DNA from: an uncultured Clostridia bacterium
GTDB taxonomy: Bacteria > Bacillota > Clostridia > Oscillospirales > CAG-272
NCBI GenBank assembly: GCA_947588825.1
Contig: CANPZU010000004.1
Span: 21,649-85,648, forward strand
Direction of reading: 5' to 3'
Length of the DNA stretch: 64,000 bases
Of the stretch, positions 24,401 through 34,006 are shown one piece after another. The position numbers and the translations under genes are program-made. Below the pieces are notes generated by a model. The model had not been told where the DNA came from. It made no database searches and saw only the letters and a list, made by a program, of their open reading frames with translations. Positions within the stretch are counted from its first letter, which is position 1, and the number at the start of each line of letters is the position of its first letter.

Positions 24401-26566
24401 AACGGAATTGCATCCGCGTTTGAAAAGCTTGCGTCGGCACTAGATATGCTTCCGGACGATATGCTTGAGGGAATCGGAAAGGGGCTTGGTGAGATCGCCG
24501 CGGCGCTGTTGGCGATAAAAGGCGCTAAATCCGCAATCAAATGGTTGGGCGAACTCGGAGCATTTAAAGGACTTGGCTCCGGCACAGCGGCCGCAGGAGC
24601 CGGAAGCTCGGCGGGGGCAGGGACGGCCGGAGGCGCGGCCGCCGCAGGTGGCGCGGCGCAGGCGGCAAAAACAGCGAAAGCCGGAAAAGGGTTACTTGAT
24701 GCTTTCAAATCTTTCGGCATGAATGCCGGAGGAACTATTCTTTTTCAAGATACGCTTTCCGGCATTGCCAAACAGCTTGACGGAACCGCAAAGAAGTCAA
24801 ACGAAGCAAAAGACGCACTCGGACTCGTGGCAAAGGCAATGTCTGATGTCGGAATAGAGGGAGACACTTTCGGCGGAAAACTTGGAAATGCGCTTATGCC
24901 GGTAGACGAATTCACGAGTGGTGGAGCGACAGAATTCCTTGCGGCATTTGATGAAATGGTTACGCGCTTCACAAATGCCGGAGGCTCTGCGGACGAATTA
25001 AAAGCAAAATTATCGACGGCCTTGTCCGAGAACACAACACTTTCGCAGGAATACGCTTCCGCTATTCAAGAGTACATCGGCGGAACAGGAGACACGTTCA
25101 CGACAGCCGCGACGGAATACGAGACAGCTTCCGCGCAGATGCAGACGGCAACTTCTGGAATAAGCGGAATGTTGCAGAGCATCAGTGACAACTCGTGGGG
25201 AGCAGATCAACAACTTTCCCTTGTTGCAGGAGCTTTACAGTCGCTTTCTGACAAGGGCTTGCTTTCAAATCCGCAGTTGTCCACTTTGAACGAAATGCTC
25301 TTGAATGCACAAAATTCGGGCGGTGGTTTGGCTCCGATTTTGCAGAACTTGTCCGACGAATTATACAATGCCGGGATTAACGCCCCGACATTTTTTGATG
25401 CCTTAAAGGACGGCTCTTATTACGTGGGTGACAAACTTCCGTCTGATTTCAGCACATTTATCGGGAGTCTGCAAAACGTAAAAACAGAGGCAGACAACGC
25501 ATCAACCGCGACGCAGAACGTCGGCACAAGCGCATTTAACTCAATTGGCAATTTAGTCAGCTTTATCGCGCAAGCCGGATTTATGGCAGGCGGTCTCGGC
25601 TCGATCAAGACCGGGAGCGAAGAAGCTGGAACTAAAATTTCCGAGTTGAGCGGAAACATTGTAAACTTTGTGAATGGTCTCGCCACAAACGCGCAGACGG
25701 TATTCGACGAGGGCAAAAAGACCGGCGAGAACTACCCGGCAGGATTCGCACAGGGCATAGAGGGCAAGAATCAGGATGTCAAAGACGCGTCGCAGGAGAT
25801 GGTCGATACTGCCACCGATACCGTAAAGACCGGGCTTGATATCAACTCGCCATCGGGCGTTGCGGAAGGGTTCGGCGAGAATTACGGTCAAGGGCTGATA
25901 AACGGCATAAAGGCAAAGCTGACCGACCTCGGAACTGTTATGGACAGCGTGATTGACAAGCTGAAAAAACCGTTTGACAACCTTGCGCAGAACTTCCAGA
26001 CCGTCGGCAAAAACCTCATGGTTTCCTTGCAGAACGGCATCAACTCACAGCACATTTCCCTGCCGAGGATTTCCGTGAGCTGGACAAAGTACTTTATGGG
26101 GAACAGCCAGTTTTCCATCCCGAATTTCAGTCTTAGCTATCTTGCAAAGGGCGGTCTGATTACCGACGAGATGCTTGCCATCATGGGCGAGAACCGGCGC
26201 AAGGAAGCCGTCCTGCCGCTTGAGAACCAGAAAACCATGTCGATGATCGCGGACGCTATCGTGGACAGGATGCCGCAGAGACTTGACATCGGCAACATCG
26301 AGATAAACCGCTCGCAGGCTCCATACGTCACGACGGCGAACATCCCGCGGAGCACGTATTCCGACAGCTTCGGCGACGATATGCGCCGGGATATCGCGGC
26401 AATCTCGTCGAACACGTTCAACAATAACACGAACATCGGGCAGGCGGTCAAGGAAGCGCTGAACGGCATGGCGGTCGTGGCGGACGGCTATATTATCGGC
26501 TACCTGCAGAGCAAGAACATGGAATCTCGGAACCAGAACGGCGGTCTCGGGATTTTTGAAGTGTAG
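21416..26566 (+). CDS. Tail tape measure protein
   Basis: 1716 aa. It is helical and low-complexity with Ala/Gly-rich hydrophobic segments, and it lies in the expected position downstream of the chaperones apart from the inserted island. Confidence 0.9.
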   Translation: MANDVIDTLSLEINSSAKNAYASIDALLGRLNKLNGALNGINTGRLNSLSTSVSRLGQSVSTFTQNVKTADFTRIASGLNKLATVDFSGLANTAGAIHNLSNSLTGLNGISFDAQGLTNLINGVSKLGRKTVTQAAQNIPQLTTALSGLVTQLNSIGTINFDLTSLSNLVSSVSRLGGKNAGNAPQNMQNIANGLKNMMATLSKAPRVSNNVIRLAEAMGRISSNGSRAGAAARSLSSNIRSFGNSATKTEKKTRSLALSIGKLVAAFYAIKRIGKGLFESVENSMNYLETFNYFNAAFNQVADKAAGEWQEAGYKSAEEYANSFSKRARELTAKMTGFNVADNGLLAETGGASLGMDANMLLNYQATFGQISSSMGVASENALRLSDALTMIGADLASVRNEDFSKVYDNLTSGIVGMSRAVDKYGVNIRVANLEQQAQALGINASVSAMSQADKALLRTITILDSTRYAWADLSKTINMPANQIRLLKQNFVALSRSIGNIFLPIVAKVLPYLNAMTIALRRLFEFIGKLLGVDKTIGDWGSSVAGGSDALSDALDSLDTDVPTDGVDNLSDSLSNAKDKAKELEKRLASWDELEVINPKQDSVDDYKLPSIGDMAADAGLGDYSDILGGALDDILSEYEKAWNDAFNSLDNKAVKIANEIEKAFKSLAKTAKPTTEAIKKLWNEGLKKLGNFTWDTIKDFWNNFLKPMGTWMLSDDAGLPRFFNITNDLLNEIEWDRLNTSLENFFTSLQKPAKFVWTSLMDFYEKFLKPISVWTMSEAIPDLVDALTDFNDKIKWDEINEALSNFWEALEPFAESVGRGLVNFFKDLLSVGADFINATVPDGLNSLADAIKKISPETAEKIGEGIGKIALALAGFKGLNKISQLFDKKGAIGKIFVELAKHPYFTIASGVLAVVGALDNFGIIEVDWEFLYNKFKDIKDILADFVDKIDWQTIKDGIGKFWSAFQPFAEGFADGFIDALDKIVNGIGAPLINGIASAFEKLASALDMLPDDMLEGIGKGLGEIAAALLAIKGAKSAIKWLGELGAFKGLGSGTAAAGAGSSAGAGTAGGAAAAGGAAQAAKTAKAGKGLLDAFKSFGMNAGGTILFQDTLSGIAKQLDGTAKKSNEAKDALGLVAKAMSDVGIEGDTFGGKLGNALMPVDEFTSGGATEFLAAFDEMVTRFTNAGGSADELKAKLSTALSENTTLSQEYASAIQEYIGGTGDTFTTAATEYETASAQMQTATSGISGMLQSISDNSWGADQQLSLVAGALQSLSDKGLLSNPQLSTLNEMLLNAQNSGGGLAPILQNLSDELYNAGINAPTFFDALKDGSYYVGDKLPSDFSTFIGSLQNVKTEADNASTATQNVGTSAFNSIGNLVSFIAQAGFMAGGLGSIKTGSEEAGTKISELSGNIVNFVNGLATNAQTVFDEGKKTGENYPAGFAQGIEGKNQDVKDASQEMVDTATDTVKTGLDINSPSGVAEGFGENYGQGLINGIKAKLTDLGTVMDSVIDKLKKPFDNLAQNFQTVGKNLMVSLQNGINSQHISLPRISVSWTKYFMGNSQFSIPNFSLSYLAKGGLITDEMLAIMGENRRKEAVLPLENQKTMSMIADAIVDRMPQRLDIGNIEINRSQAPYVTTANIPRSTYSDSFGDDMRRDIAAISSNTFNNNTNIGQAVKEALNGMAVVADGYIIGYLQSKNMESRNQNGGLGIFEV

Positions 26567-26577
26567 GGGGTGATTTT

Positions 26578-26991
26578 GTGGCTTATAAAGGATATCTTCT
26601 CAAGTTTGGCACAAAGGAACTGCCGAACGACTATCTGGCGTACGACAGCTACTCAATCACTCCCAACCAGCGCACGGAGCTTGAGGCGTACCGAGACCAA
26701 AACCTGAACAAGCTGCACCGGGAGACGATACCGTATCCGAAAACAAAGATTGACTGCGAGACGCACGTCATGTACGAGGATGAGAAAATAGCGTTCCAGA
26801 ACATCCTCAAAAACGGTCTCGTGAACGCATTGCAGAGGAAGTATAACGTCGAGTACTACGACCCGGAGGAAAACACGTACAAGACCGGGGAATTCTACAT
26901 CCCGGACACGGAATTCAAGATTATCCGCACGGACGATGAGACAAATCAGGTGCTGTTCAACAAGATACGGCTCGCGCTGATTGAGTATTGA
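26578..26991 (+). CDS. Small tail component (distal-tail position)
   Basis: A 137-aa ORF with a GTG start after the RBS GGGGGTGA, directly after the tape measure gene. Confidence 0.5.
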   Translation: MAYKGYLLKFGTKELPNDYLAYDSYSITPNQRTELEAYRDQNLNKLHRETIPYPKTKIDCETHVMYEDEKIAFQNILKNGLVNALQRKYNVEYYDPEENTYKTGEFYIPDTEFKIIRTDDETNQVLFNKIRLALIEY

Positions 26992-27041
26992 TGAGTTAAA
27001 ATGAGTTAAAACGAATTAAAATGAGTTAAAATGAGTATTCG
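26982..27041. repeat. Six phased 10-bp repeats (TGAGTTAAAA type)
   Basis: The units start at 26982, 26992, 27002, 27012, 27022 and 27032. A-tracts recur every 10 bp. Confidence 0.85.
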
Positions 27042-27052
27042 GAGGAATCGCT

Positions 27053-30000
27053 ATGTCTTGGCTACCGTTACCATACATACAATTGGAATCCGCACGGACA
27101 AACGGAACGGATTATCTTGACACGCAGTGGAGCGCGGGATACGGGTTTTCCGCACAGTTCGTCGGGTGCGCGGCGAACGGTGCATACCTGTTCGGCGCAA
27201 TGACTTCCGAGGATTCTGCGGACAAGTTTGCCTTGCAGTTTCAGGAAGGGAAATATATTTATTATTTTGGCGACCAGACCGCGGAGTCTCCGGCAGAGTA
27301 CGAGTTGGGTGAGCCGCATTTTTTTGTCCTCGGCGGTAACTCATGGAGCATCGACGGCGTGCCTATGCCGAGTACTTCATTCTCTTTGTCGCCAAGCAAT
27401 GAAATGACTTTGAATGTTTACGTTGGCGCAGTGAATGTCGGTGGAGAGGCACAGCACTTGTCGGACGTTCAGATTGGGCTTATCAATTTTAGCGGTTCAA
27501 GCGGCTTCAAACAATGGAGACAATGCAAGACACAGGACGGACAGTTTGGTTTTGGTCTTTACATCAGCAGTTCAATTACGGAGTTTGTCGAAAAGCCAAA
27601 TTTTACTTACAGCGACGTGATGGCGGCTCAATCTAGCACAGCATTGACTGTTATCGGTGCACCGACAAAAAAGGACTACAAACTCGGCGAACCATTCGAC
27701 CCGACTGGAATGACGGTATATCTTCCGCTCGACGACGGGACGAGGAGAAACATCACAAGCGAAGCCGAAGCAAAATACCCGGACGGCTCGACGGAATTCA
27801 GAAATGACGCCATTATTCAGCACGGCAGTATAAACTATATCTACTACAGATATAAACCTTTTGGTGTTGATTATACATTTTTTGAATTTTCACCTAAAAA
27901 TTACTATGCTTCTATTGGAAATTTTCCGTATACTGTCAGCTCGGATTCCCCCGTAGAGTCCATAGAAGTGACGAAACTGCCGGACAAGACAGAATACCTC
28001 ATTAAGGAGTATTTCAGCACAACCGGCATGGTGGTGACCGGGCATCTCGAAGACGGCGAGACTGTGGAAATTGGGGACGGTTACACAAGCAGTCCGAGTC
28101 GTTTCACAAAAGAGGGAACAATTGACGTCACGATCGGTTGGTATGATGGAATGAAATCTATCATATCCGAACCGTTTCAAGTCACGGTCAAGAATGCTGT
28201 TGACAAGCTGAACATCACGCTCCCGACAAAATCCGAATATTCCATCGGCGAGAAGTTCAACCCGACGGGCATCACGGTGACGGCGCTTTACCTCGACGGC
28301 ACAGAACGCCCGATTTACAACTTTTTCGTGGATTCGAGCAAATTCGACAGCACGAAAGAGGGCGGCTACGCGATTACCGTCAAGGCTACGGTGGACGAGA
28401 AAGAGTACACGGAGACTATCACGGTGTACGTGTTCGGCGCGCCGAAAAAGCTCGAAGATTTGCTCGGCACGACCGAGGGAATGACGGTCATTCGGAATAA
28501 TTCCAAGAACGACGGCGGAAAAGACACAATCTCCGGAGTAGATTGGTTTGTATTTGACGGAAATACAGCAAGCAAGATTTATGTCAGCGGTGATAATTAT
28601 ATAAGCTTCAATAATACGACGGAGCACATTAAAATCTGCCGCCGCGACGGTGCGACGTACTATGTCTATTCGCAGGCAGGCAAGCTCGACGATGGGCGAA
28701 AATTCTTCAAAATCCGCGTCGAGGGCTACACGAACTGGAATTCCGCAACTACACAATATGCGCTCAAGTACGAGCTGTTCCTGTTTGATGATAACAGCAT
28801 GTTCCTTAACATCCTGCAAGCGCCGACGAACACGTCCTATCTTGGCACGAGCGAGTTGTATTATTACCTCACAACGCCTTCGGCGGCGGGAATGACGCAT
28901 GTTCCGTTCACGGTCGAGGCGGGAAAGGCTCAGGAATTCCGTTTCTTCACCAGTGACCCGGCGCAAGGAAAACCGTGGGAGGTTGTTGCGGGAAAGCCGA
29001 AGAAGCTCGAAGATTTGCTGAATACGACCGAGGGCATGGAGGTTATAAAAAACAACGAGGAAATAGTCAGTACTGTATACGTTGATGGAGTTCCGTGGTT
29101 TGTATCAAACAGAATAAAATGTGAAGAAATAGGCGTAACCGGAAGCGTTTATCTATCAAACATAAATCTTCGCGTATGCAGAAATACATATTCGGGAGGC
29201 GTGGTTTGTTATATTTATCGCCAAGAAGGATTGCTTGACAATGGACATAGATTTCTGAAACTGCGCATCGAGGGGTACACAAGATCGGACTTAAAAACTG
29301 ATGATTATGCAGTAAAATATGAGCTCTTTCTGTTCGATGATAACGGAATGTACCTTAACACAATTCAGGTTCCGACAAACGGCGTTTATATAGGTGAAAG
29401 CGGGCTTTTCTGGTCGGACAAAAGGCTTCCGTTTTCATTTGAGCTTGGAAAGCCGAGGAATGTAAGTTTTTACACGACCGACCCGGCAAACGGCGCTCCG
29501 TGGTTTCTCACGTACTATGACTACGATTTCACAAAGTCTTCCGTTCGCTACCTGACCGCAATTCCGACAAAATATGAGTATAATGCCGGTGAGGAATTCG
29601 ACAGCAACTCATTCGACGTGACCGCAACGTGGATTGACGGAAAAACAGAAAGAATCACAGATTTTTCCGTGGATTCCGCAAACTTTAACAAGGAAAAAGA
29701 AGGAAGGTACACGGTAACTGTCACGGCGCAGATTGATGGGAAGGAATATACAGCTGAAACGATTGTAGCCGTGTATGGAAATCCGCACAGCATTTACGAT
29801 CTGATAAATACAACAAGCGGAATGGAAAGCCACAGAGTATACAATTCCGGCATGACAAACGCACATATATACGGAGTCCCGTGGTTCAATTTTGATGGAA
29901 ACAATATTTTTGATATCGAAGCAAGCGATGGAAATATATTGTTTTTCAGGGAAAATACGAACGGTGACTATGTAGTATATGAAGAAGGAGAAAACTTCCT

Positions 30001-33000
30001 TGTATGTGGGCGCATGACTTACCCAACAAGAAATTACCGCACGCAGGAAGGAAAACTGGAAAACGGGCACAGGTTTTTCAAGATTCGCGCGGATGTAGAT
30101 AACGACCAGAGGCAGGCACTATACGAGCTGTTCTTCTTCGACGACAACAGCATATACCTGAATCTGATAAATACGACCACACTCGAAGACAACAACACTT
30201 CTTTCCTTAAATGGTCGGGCGGTACGATCGAAATTCCGACAAAATTCAAAACTCCGCTTGTGGCAAGTTTTTACACCACGGATTCCGAACAGGGAGCGCC
30301 GTGGACGATGGAAGTTGCACAGCATAAGTTTATCAAGACCGTGGAGTCCATCTCGGCAATCGCCACGAAGAGAGAATATGATTTGTACGATTCGCTCGAC
30401 AAAAAAGCTTTTGCCGTGACCGCAAACTTATCGGATGGCACGACCGCAAGCGTTTCAAGTTTTAGCGTTGACTCGTCTTCTTTTGACAACACAAAAGAAG
30501 GGCGGTACTTCATCACGGTCAAGTCTACGGTACTCGGCACGGAGTACACGACGCAGGCGGTGGTTGTAGTTTATGGAAATCCCTATAACATTCTGGATTT
30601 GCTGAACACGAATGAAGGGATGGAAAGGATTTACGCCCCGTCCTACGTATCGGAACTTGGGGATGTATCTTGGTTTGTTTTCGATGGAAAACGAGTAGAA
30701 GAAATAGGAACTGCGAGTTTGAGCAGAGTCTATTTTAACGGGACAATAGCTGTAAGAGTGTGTGAAAGCTCTTACGGCACAACGAATTACACATACATGC
30801 AGGAAGGAAAGCTTGACAACGGTCATAAGTTCCTGAAGTTGAGATGTGAAGGGGGCACTTCTGAGTATTTCCCGACTTTCGAGCTTTTCCTGTTCGATGA
30901 TAACAGCATGTATGTGAACATACTGAAAACCACAGACCAAGGCGGGAAAAGCGGACTTACATGGAGCGACGGAGAACTTGAAATCCAGGTCACGTTCGGA
31001 GAAACACAGAAAGCAAGCTTTTACACGGACAACCCTTCCGAGGGCAAGCCGTGGACGATGGAAGTTGACTATCATAACTTCATCAAAGAAAAGATGCGGA
31101 CGCTGACAGTCAATGGAGGCGAAGGCTCTGGTTTATATCTTCCGGGTGAGTCTGTAACAATCAAGGCGGAGGAGAGGACAGGGAACAGATTTCGGTGGCT
31201 GAAAGACGGAGGGCTTTTTGTGCCAAAACCCAAAGTTGTGAGCATGAATTCAAGCTACACGCCTATCCCCAAAAATGGAAACCTGCTTGTATTTGCATGG
31301 TGGAGCTATTCAAACGCAGAAAGCTCTACGCAAATAAGCGGTTGGACATATGACGGCACGTTAAGAGAATCCGGCGATAAGGATGCCGGAAGCACGGAAA
31401 ATATTGCATATGTTCACATATATCACAAAATAAATGATGGGATTGTTTCGACTGGAAAAGCGGGATACTACTTTGAGATTGGAAACGCAAAATCTTTCGA
31501 ATTGCAGGAAAGCACAAGACAGGAAAACCTGCTCCTCACAAGCGCAAACAGCTTTTTGTGTGCGAAGGAAACAGATGACTTGTATTTGTGGTTCCTGTTT
31601 GCATTGTACTGGTCGACGAGCAGAAGATGGGTCGCACAGCCGGACGTGATTTCCTATTTCCCAGGCATCGGAAACTCTGATTCGAATTTCTCCGTTCTGA
31701 TTGACGAGAATGTCCCGCCTGTCAGCTTCCGGGTAAGCGTATCATCCGCTATGGCAACGCGTTACGGCTCAGCAATCGGCGCACGCATTGTCCCGTCATA
31801 CACGGGATACGAGCGTGAGATGACGTTCACGATGCCGGATGAAGACTTGACGGTTACCGCGGAGTATTCCCTGATTGCCGACAGAATCGAGATTACCAAG
31901 AACCCGTTCAAGATGAATTATAAGCTTGACGAAACGTTCAATCCTTCCGGCATGGTAGTCACGGCGCATTTTGCGGACGGAACAAGCAAAGCAGTCAGGG
32001 ACTACACATTCTCGGAGCTTGACAGTTCGACGCCCGGCGCGAAGGAAGTCACGATAACCTATACGGACGGGGTCGAGTCGGTGTCCGCGACGCTGACGGT
32101 CAACGTCGGGCTTAAGGGAATTGCGATTACCAGATTCCCAAACAAGACGACGTATGCGCGGCTCGAAGACTTGGACACGGAAGGGCTTGAAGTTTCCATC
32201 GTTTATGCGGACGACAGCACATACCCGACAGAAGATTACACATTGTCATTTTTCGACAGCACGAGCATAGGAATCAAAACCGTGACCGTCACGTCCTTGA
32301 TTGACGGGTATCCCTACAACGCGCAGTTTACCGTTGCGGTCACGTCGTCTGGCGACAATCCGTTCAAGGGATACAACGAGAACCGCACGATGCGGATTCA
32401 CTTCGTGGACGGGAAGTATAAGGATATTACGGGCGACGAGATTGAGGGCGAGTCCATGTCCCTCACGGAGTCGGTCGGGAACGACAAGAACCTGCAATTC
32501 GGGGGATGCATCTCGACGCAGTTCTCGGTGAACATCTTTTCGGAACAGTTCATGAACCCGGAAGAATACCCGGACGGCGACATTGAAGTGTATCTTGAAA
32601 CCCCGGATGATTCGTTGCGGATATTCACCGGGACAATCGAAAGCGCGGAGCGGACAGGCGGCATCAACAAACGGAAGCTCATTGCTTACGACTACCTGAA
32701 ACGCAAGAGCTCCATCAGCCTTAAATACTGGTACGAATCGCTGACGTTCCCGATCACGCAGAAAGATTTCCGCGACAGCCTGTTCAAGTTTATGGGCATC
32801 CTTCAGGAGACGACGCATCTCTACTACGATGACGCGATGGTTCCCGACAATATGAATGTGGACAGCATCACGTTCCTGTCGCTTGCCAAGGACATCTGCC
32901 TATGCAATAAATGTTTCGGGCATATCAATGCGGACGGTGTATTCGAGTACATCACGCTCCGGGAAAACGGCGGGATCGATCAGGCGGGAAAGCTTTACTT

Positions 33001-34006
33001 CCTGACCCCGCAGGACGCAGTTGCAGACGACGAGGTGATCTCGGCGACGTTCAAGGAAGGAAAAATCTGGGCTCCGACGAATTTTTGGATTTCTCCGAAC
33101 CCGAGCATTCCGTATGTCGATGTTCCTCCATTAGATAACAAATACGGATATAACGTCAACTATTACCACATCCGCAACAGCTACATGATTGGCGACAAGG
33201 ACTGGATTAACAAAGCATACGAAAGCGTCATTCACGATACCGGGACAGAGACGTACTCCGCGGACGAATTAAAATACCCGATCGTACTCGGCCCGACTTT
33301 CGGAGGCGGGGGCGGCAACATATACGCGCAGGAATACAGCCTTACGACGCCCGGAAATTTCCTGCGGAAAATCGGAACGAACATCGAGTTCAACTGCATC
33401 AAGTACCGCGAGGACGGAACGCCTGTCACATGGAAGATAAACTCGTTCGTTATGTCCCGGACGATCACCGGAGTCCGGTCGCTGAAAGACGTGTACACGG
33501 CGAAGAACTCATCATATGATGAGGAAACATATGGCGTTGCGAAGGCGACAAGGGACAATTCAGACGCGCTGAATACGGTAAAGGATGAAATGCCAAAAAG
33601 TACAGAAGAAAGCGACGGATTAGACGTTTCCATAGAGCCATTTGGAGGCGCTGACTACAAGGGCGATATAGAATGGAGAAAACATTACGAAGAAGTTTAC
33701 CAAGAAGAAATGGAGCGTCTAAAAAGAGAAGAAAAAGAAGAGTACGACAAACTTACTGAGTATCAGAAAAAAAAGATCGCCGATATGGCGGCGGCGAAAA
33801 AAGCAAAAGAAAAGAAAAACACGCTTACTGTCTACAAAGACGGCACGGCAAGATACAACGGCGTAACAATCAGTGGTTCCGGCAGTTCTGGCGGCGGTGG
33901 CGGCGGCGGGACAGGCGGTTTTGATGTCCAGTCCGTCACGTCGCTTCCGTCGAACCCCGACCCGAACACGATTTATCTCATACAAGGCGAGGTGGTAGTG
34001 AACTGA
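27053..34006 (+). CDS. Giant tail/baseplate protein with Ig-like (Big_3-type) domains, four tandem unknown ~185-aa modules, a Tal-like region and a Gly-rich C terminus
   Basis: 2317 aa. It has repeated Ig-like modules of the form TKxEYxxGExFDxxGxxVTAxxxDG. An unknown module (..KKLEDLL.TTEGM...WFVFDG...GKLDNGH.F.K.R.EG...YELFLFDDNSMYLN) occurs four times. The C terminus carries a coiled coil and GGGGGGG. Confidence 0.85.
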   Translation: MSWLPLPYIQLESARTNGTDYLDTQWSAGYGFSAQFVGCAANGAYLFGAMTSEDSADKFALQFQEGKYIYYFGDQTAESPAEYELGEPHFFVLGGNSWSIDGVPMPSTSFSLSPSNEMTLNVYVGAVNVGGEAQHLSDVQIGLINFSGSSGFKQWRQCKTQDGQFGFGLYISSSITEFVEKPNFTYSDVMAAQSSTALTVIGAPTKKDYKLGEPFDPTGMTVYLPLDDGTRRNITSEAEAKYPDGSTEFRNDAIIQHGSINYIYYRYKPFGVDYTFFEFSPKNYYASIGNFPYTVSSDSPVESIEVTKLPDKTEYLIKEYFSTTGMVVTGHLEDGETVEIGDGYTSSPSRFTKEGTIDVTIGWYDGMKSIISEPFQVTVKNAVDKLNITLPTKSEYSIGEKFNPTGITVTALYLDGTERPIYNFFVDSSKFDSTKEGGYAITVKATVDEKEYTETITVYVFGAPKKLEDLLGTTEGMTVIRNNSKNDGGKDTISGVDWFVFDGNTASKIYVSGDNYISFNNTTEHIKICRRDGATYYVYSQAGKLDDGRKFFKIRVEGYTNWNSATTQYALKYELFLFDDNSMFLNILQAPTNTSYLGTSELYYYLTTPSAAGMTHVPFTVEAGKAQEFRFFTSDPAQGKPWEVVAGKPKKLEDLLNTTEGMEVIKNNEEIVSTVYVDGVPWFVSNRIKCEEIGVTGSVYLSNINLRVCRNTYSGGVVCYIYRQEGLLDNGHRFLKLRIEGYTRSDLKTDDYAVKYELFLFDDNGMYLNTIQVPTNGVYIGESGLFWSDKRLPFSFELGKPRNVSFYTTDPANGAPWFLTYYDYDFTKSSVRYLTAIPTKYEYNAGEEFDSNSFDVTATWIDGKTERITDFSVDSANFNKEKEGRYTVTVTAQIDGKEYTAETIVAVYGNPHSIYDLINTTSGMESHRVYNSGMTNAHIYGVPWFNFDGNNIFDIEASDGNILFFRENTNGDYVVYEEGENFLVCGRMTYPTRNYRTQEGKLENGHRFFKIRADVDNDQRQALYELFFFDDNSIYLNLINTTTLEDNNTSFLKWSGGTIEIPTKFKTPLVASFYTTDSEQGAPWTMEVAQHKFIKTVESISAIATKREYDLYDSLDKKAFAVTANLSDGTTASVSSFSVDSSSFDNTKEGRYFITVKSTVLGTEYTTQAVVVVYGNPYNILDLLNTNEGMERIYAPSYVSELGDVSWFVFDGKRVEEIGTASLSRVYFNGTIAVRVCESSYGTTNYTYMQEGKLDNGHKFLKLRCEGGTSEYFPTFELFLFDDNSMYVNILKTTDQGGKSGLTWSDGELEIQVTFGETQKASFYTDNPSEGKPWTMEVDYHNFIKEKMRTLTVNGGEGSGLYLPGESVTIKAEERTGNRFRWLKDGGLFVPKPKVVSMNSSYTPIPKNGNLLVFAWWSYSNAESSTQISGWTYDGTLRESGDKDAGSTENIAYVHIYHKINDGIVSTGKAGYYFEIGNAKSFELQESTRQENLLLTSANSFLCAKETDDLYLWFLFALYWSTSRRWVAQPDVISYFPGIGNSDSNFSVLIDENVPPVSFRVSVSSAMATRYGSAIGARIVPSYTGYEREMTFTMPDEDLTVTAEYSLIADRIEITKNPFKMNYKLDETFNPSGMVVTAHFADGTSKAVRDYTFSELDSSTPGAKEVTITYTDGVESVSATLTVNVGLKGIAITRFPNKTTYARLEDLDTEGLEVSIVYADDSTYPTEDYTLSFFDSTSIGIKTVTVTSLIDGYPYNAQFTVAVTSSGDNPFKGYNENRTMRIHFVDGKYKDITGDEIEGESMSLTESVGNDKNLQFGGCISTQFSVNIFSEQFMNPEEYPDGDIEVYLETPDDSLRIFTGTIESAERTGGINKRKLIAYDYLKRKSSISLKYWYESLTFPITQKDFRDSLFKFMGILQETTHLYYDDAMVPDNMNVDSITFLSLAKDICLCNKCFGHINADGVFEYITLRENGGIDQAGKLYFLTPQDAVADDEVISATFKEGKIWAPTNFWISPNPSIPYVDVPPLDNKYGYNVNYYHIRNSYMIGDKDWINKAYESVIHDTGTETYSADELKYPIVLGPTFGGGGGNIYAQEYSLTTPGNFLRKIGTNIEFNCIKYREDGTPVTWKINSFVMSRTITGVRSLKDVYTAKNSSYDEETYGVAKATRDNSDALNTVKDEMPKSTEESDGLDVSIEPFGGADYKGDIEWRKHYEEVYQEEMERLKREEKEEYDKLTEYQKKKIADMAAAKKAKEKKNTLTVYKDGTARYNGVTISGSGSSGGGGGGGTGGFDVQSVTSLPSNPDPNTIYLIQGEVVVN

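Noticed and set aside
27890-28966. Long antisense ORFs inside big genes. Examples: 1348..2205(-), 11583..12179(-), 12192..12890(-), 27890..28966(-), 30455..31075(-), 39977..40837(-), 41159..42040(-), 43694..44497(-).
   Set aside because: They lie fully inside well-supported + strand genes, have R/H/C/L-rich translations typical of antisense frames, and lack RBS or promoter context.
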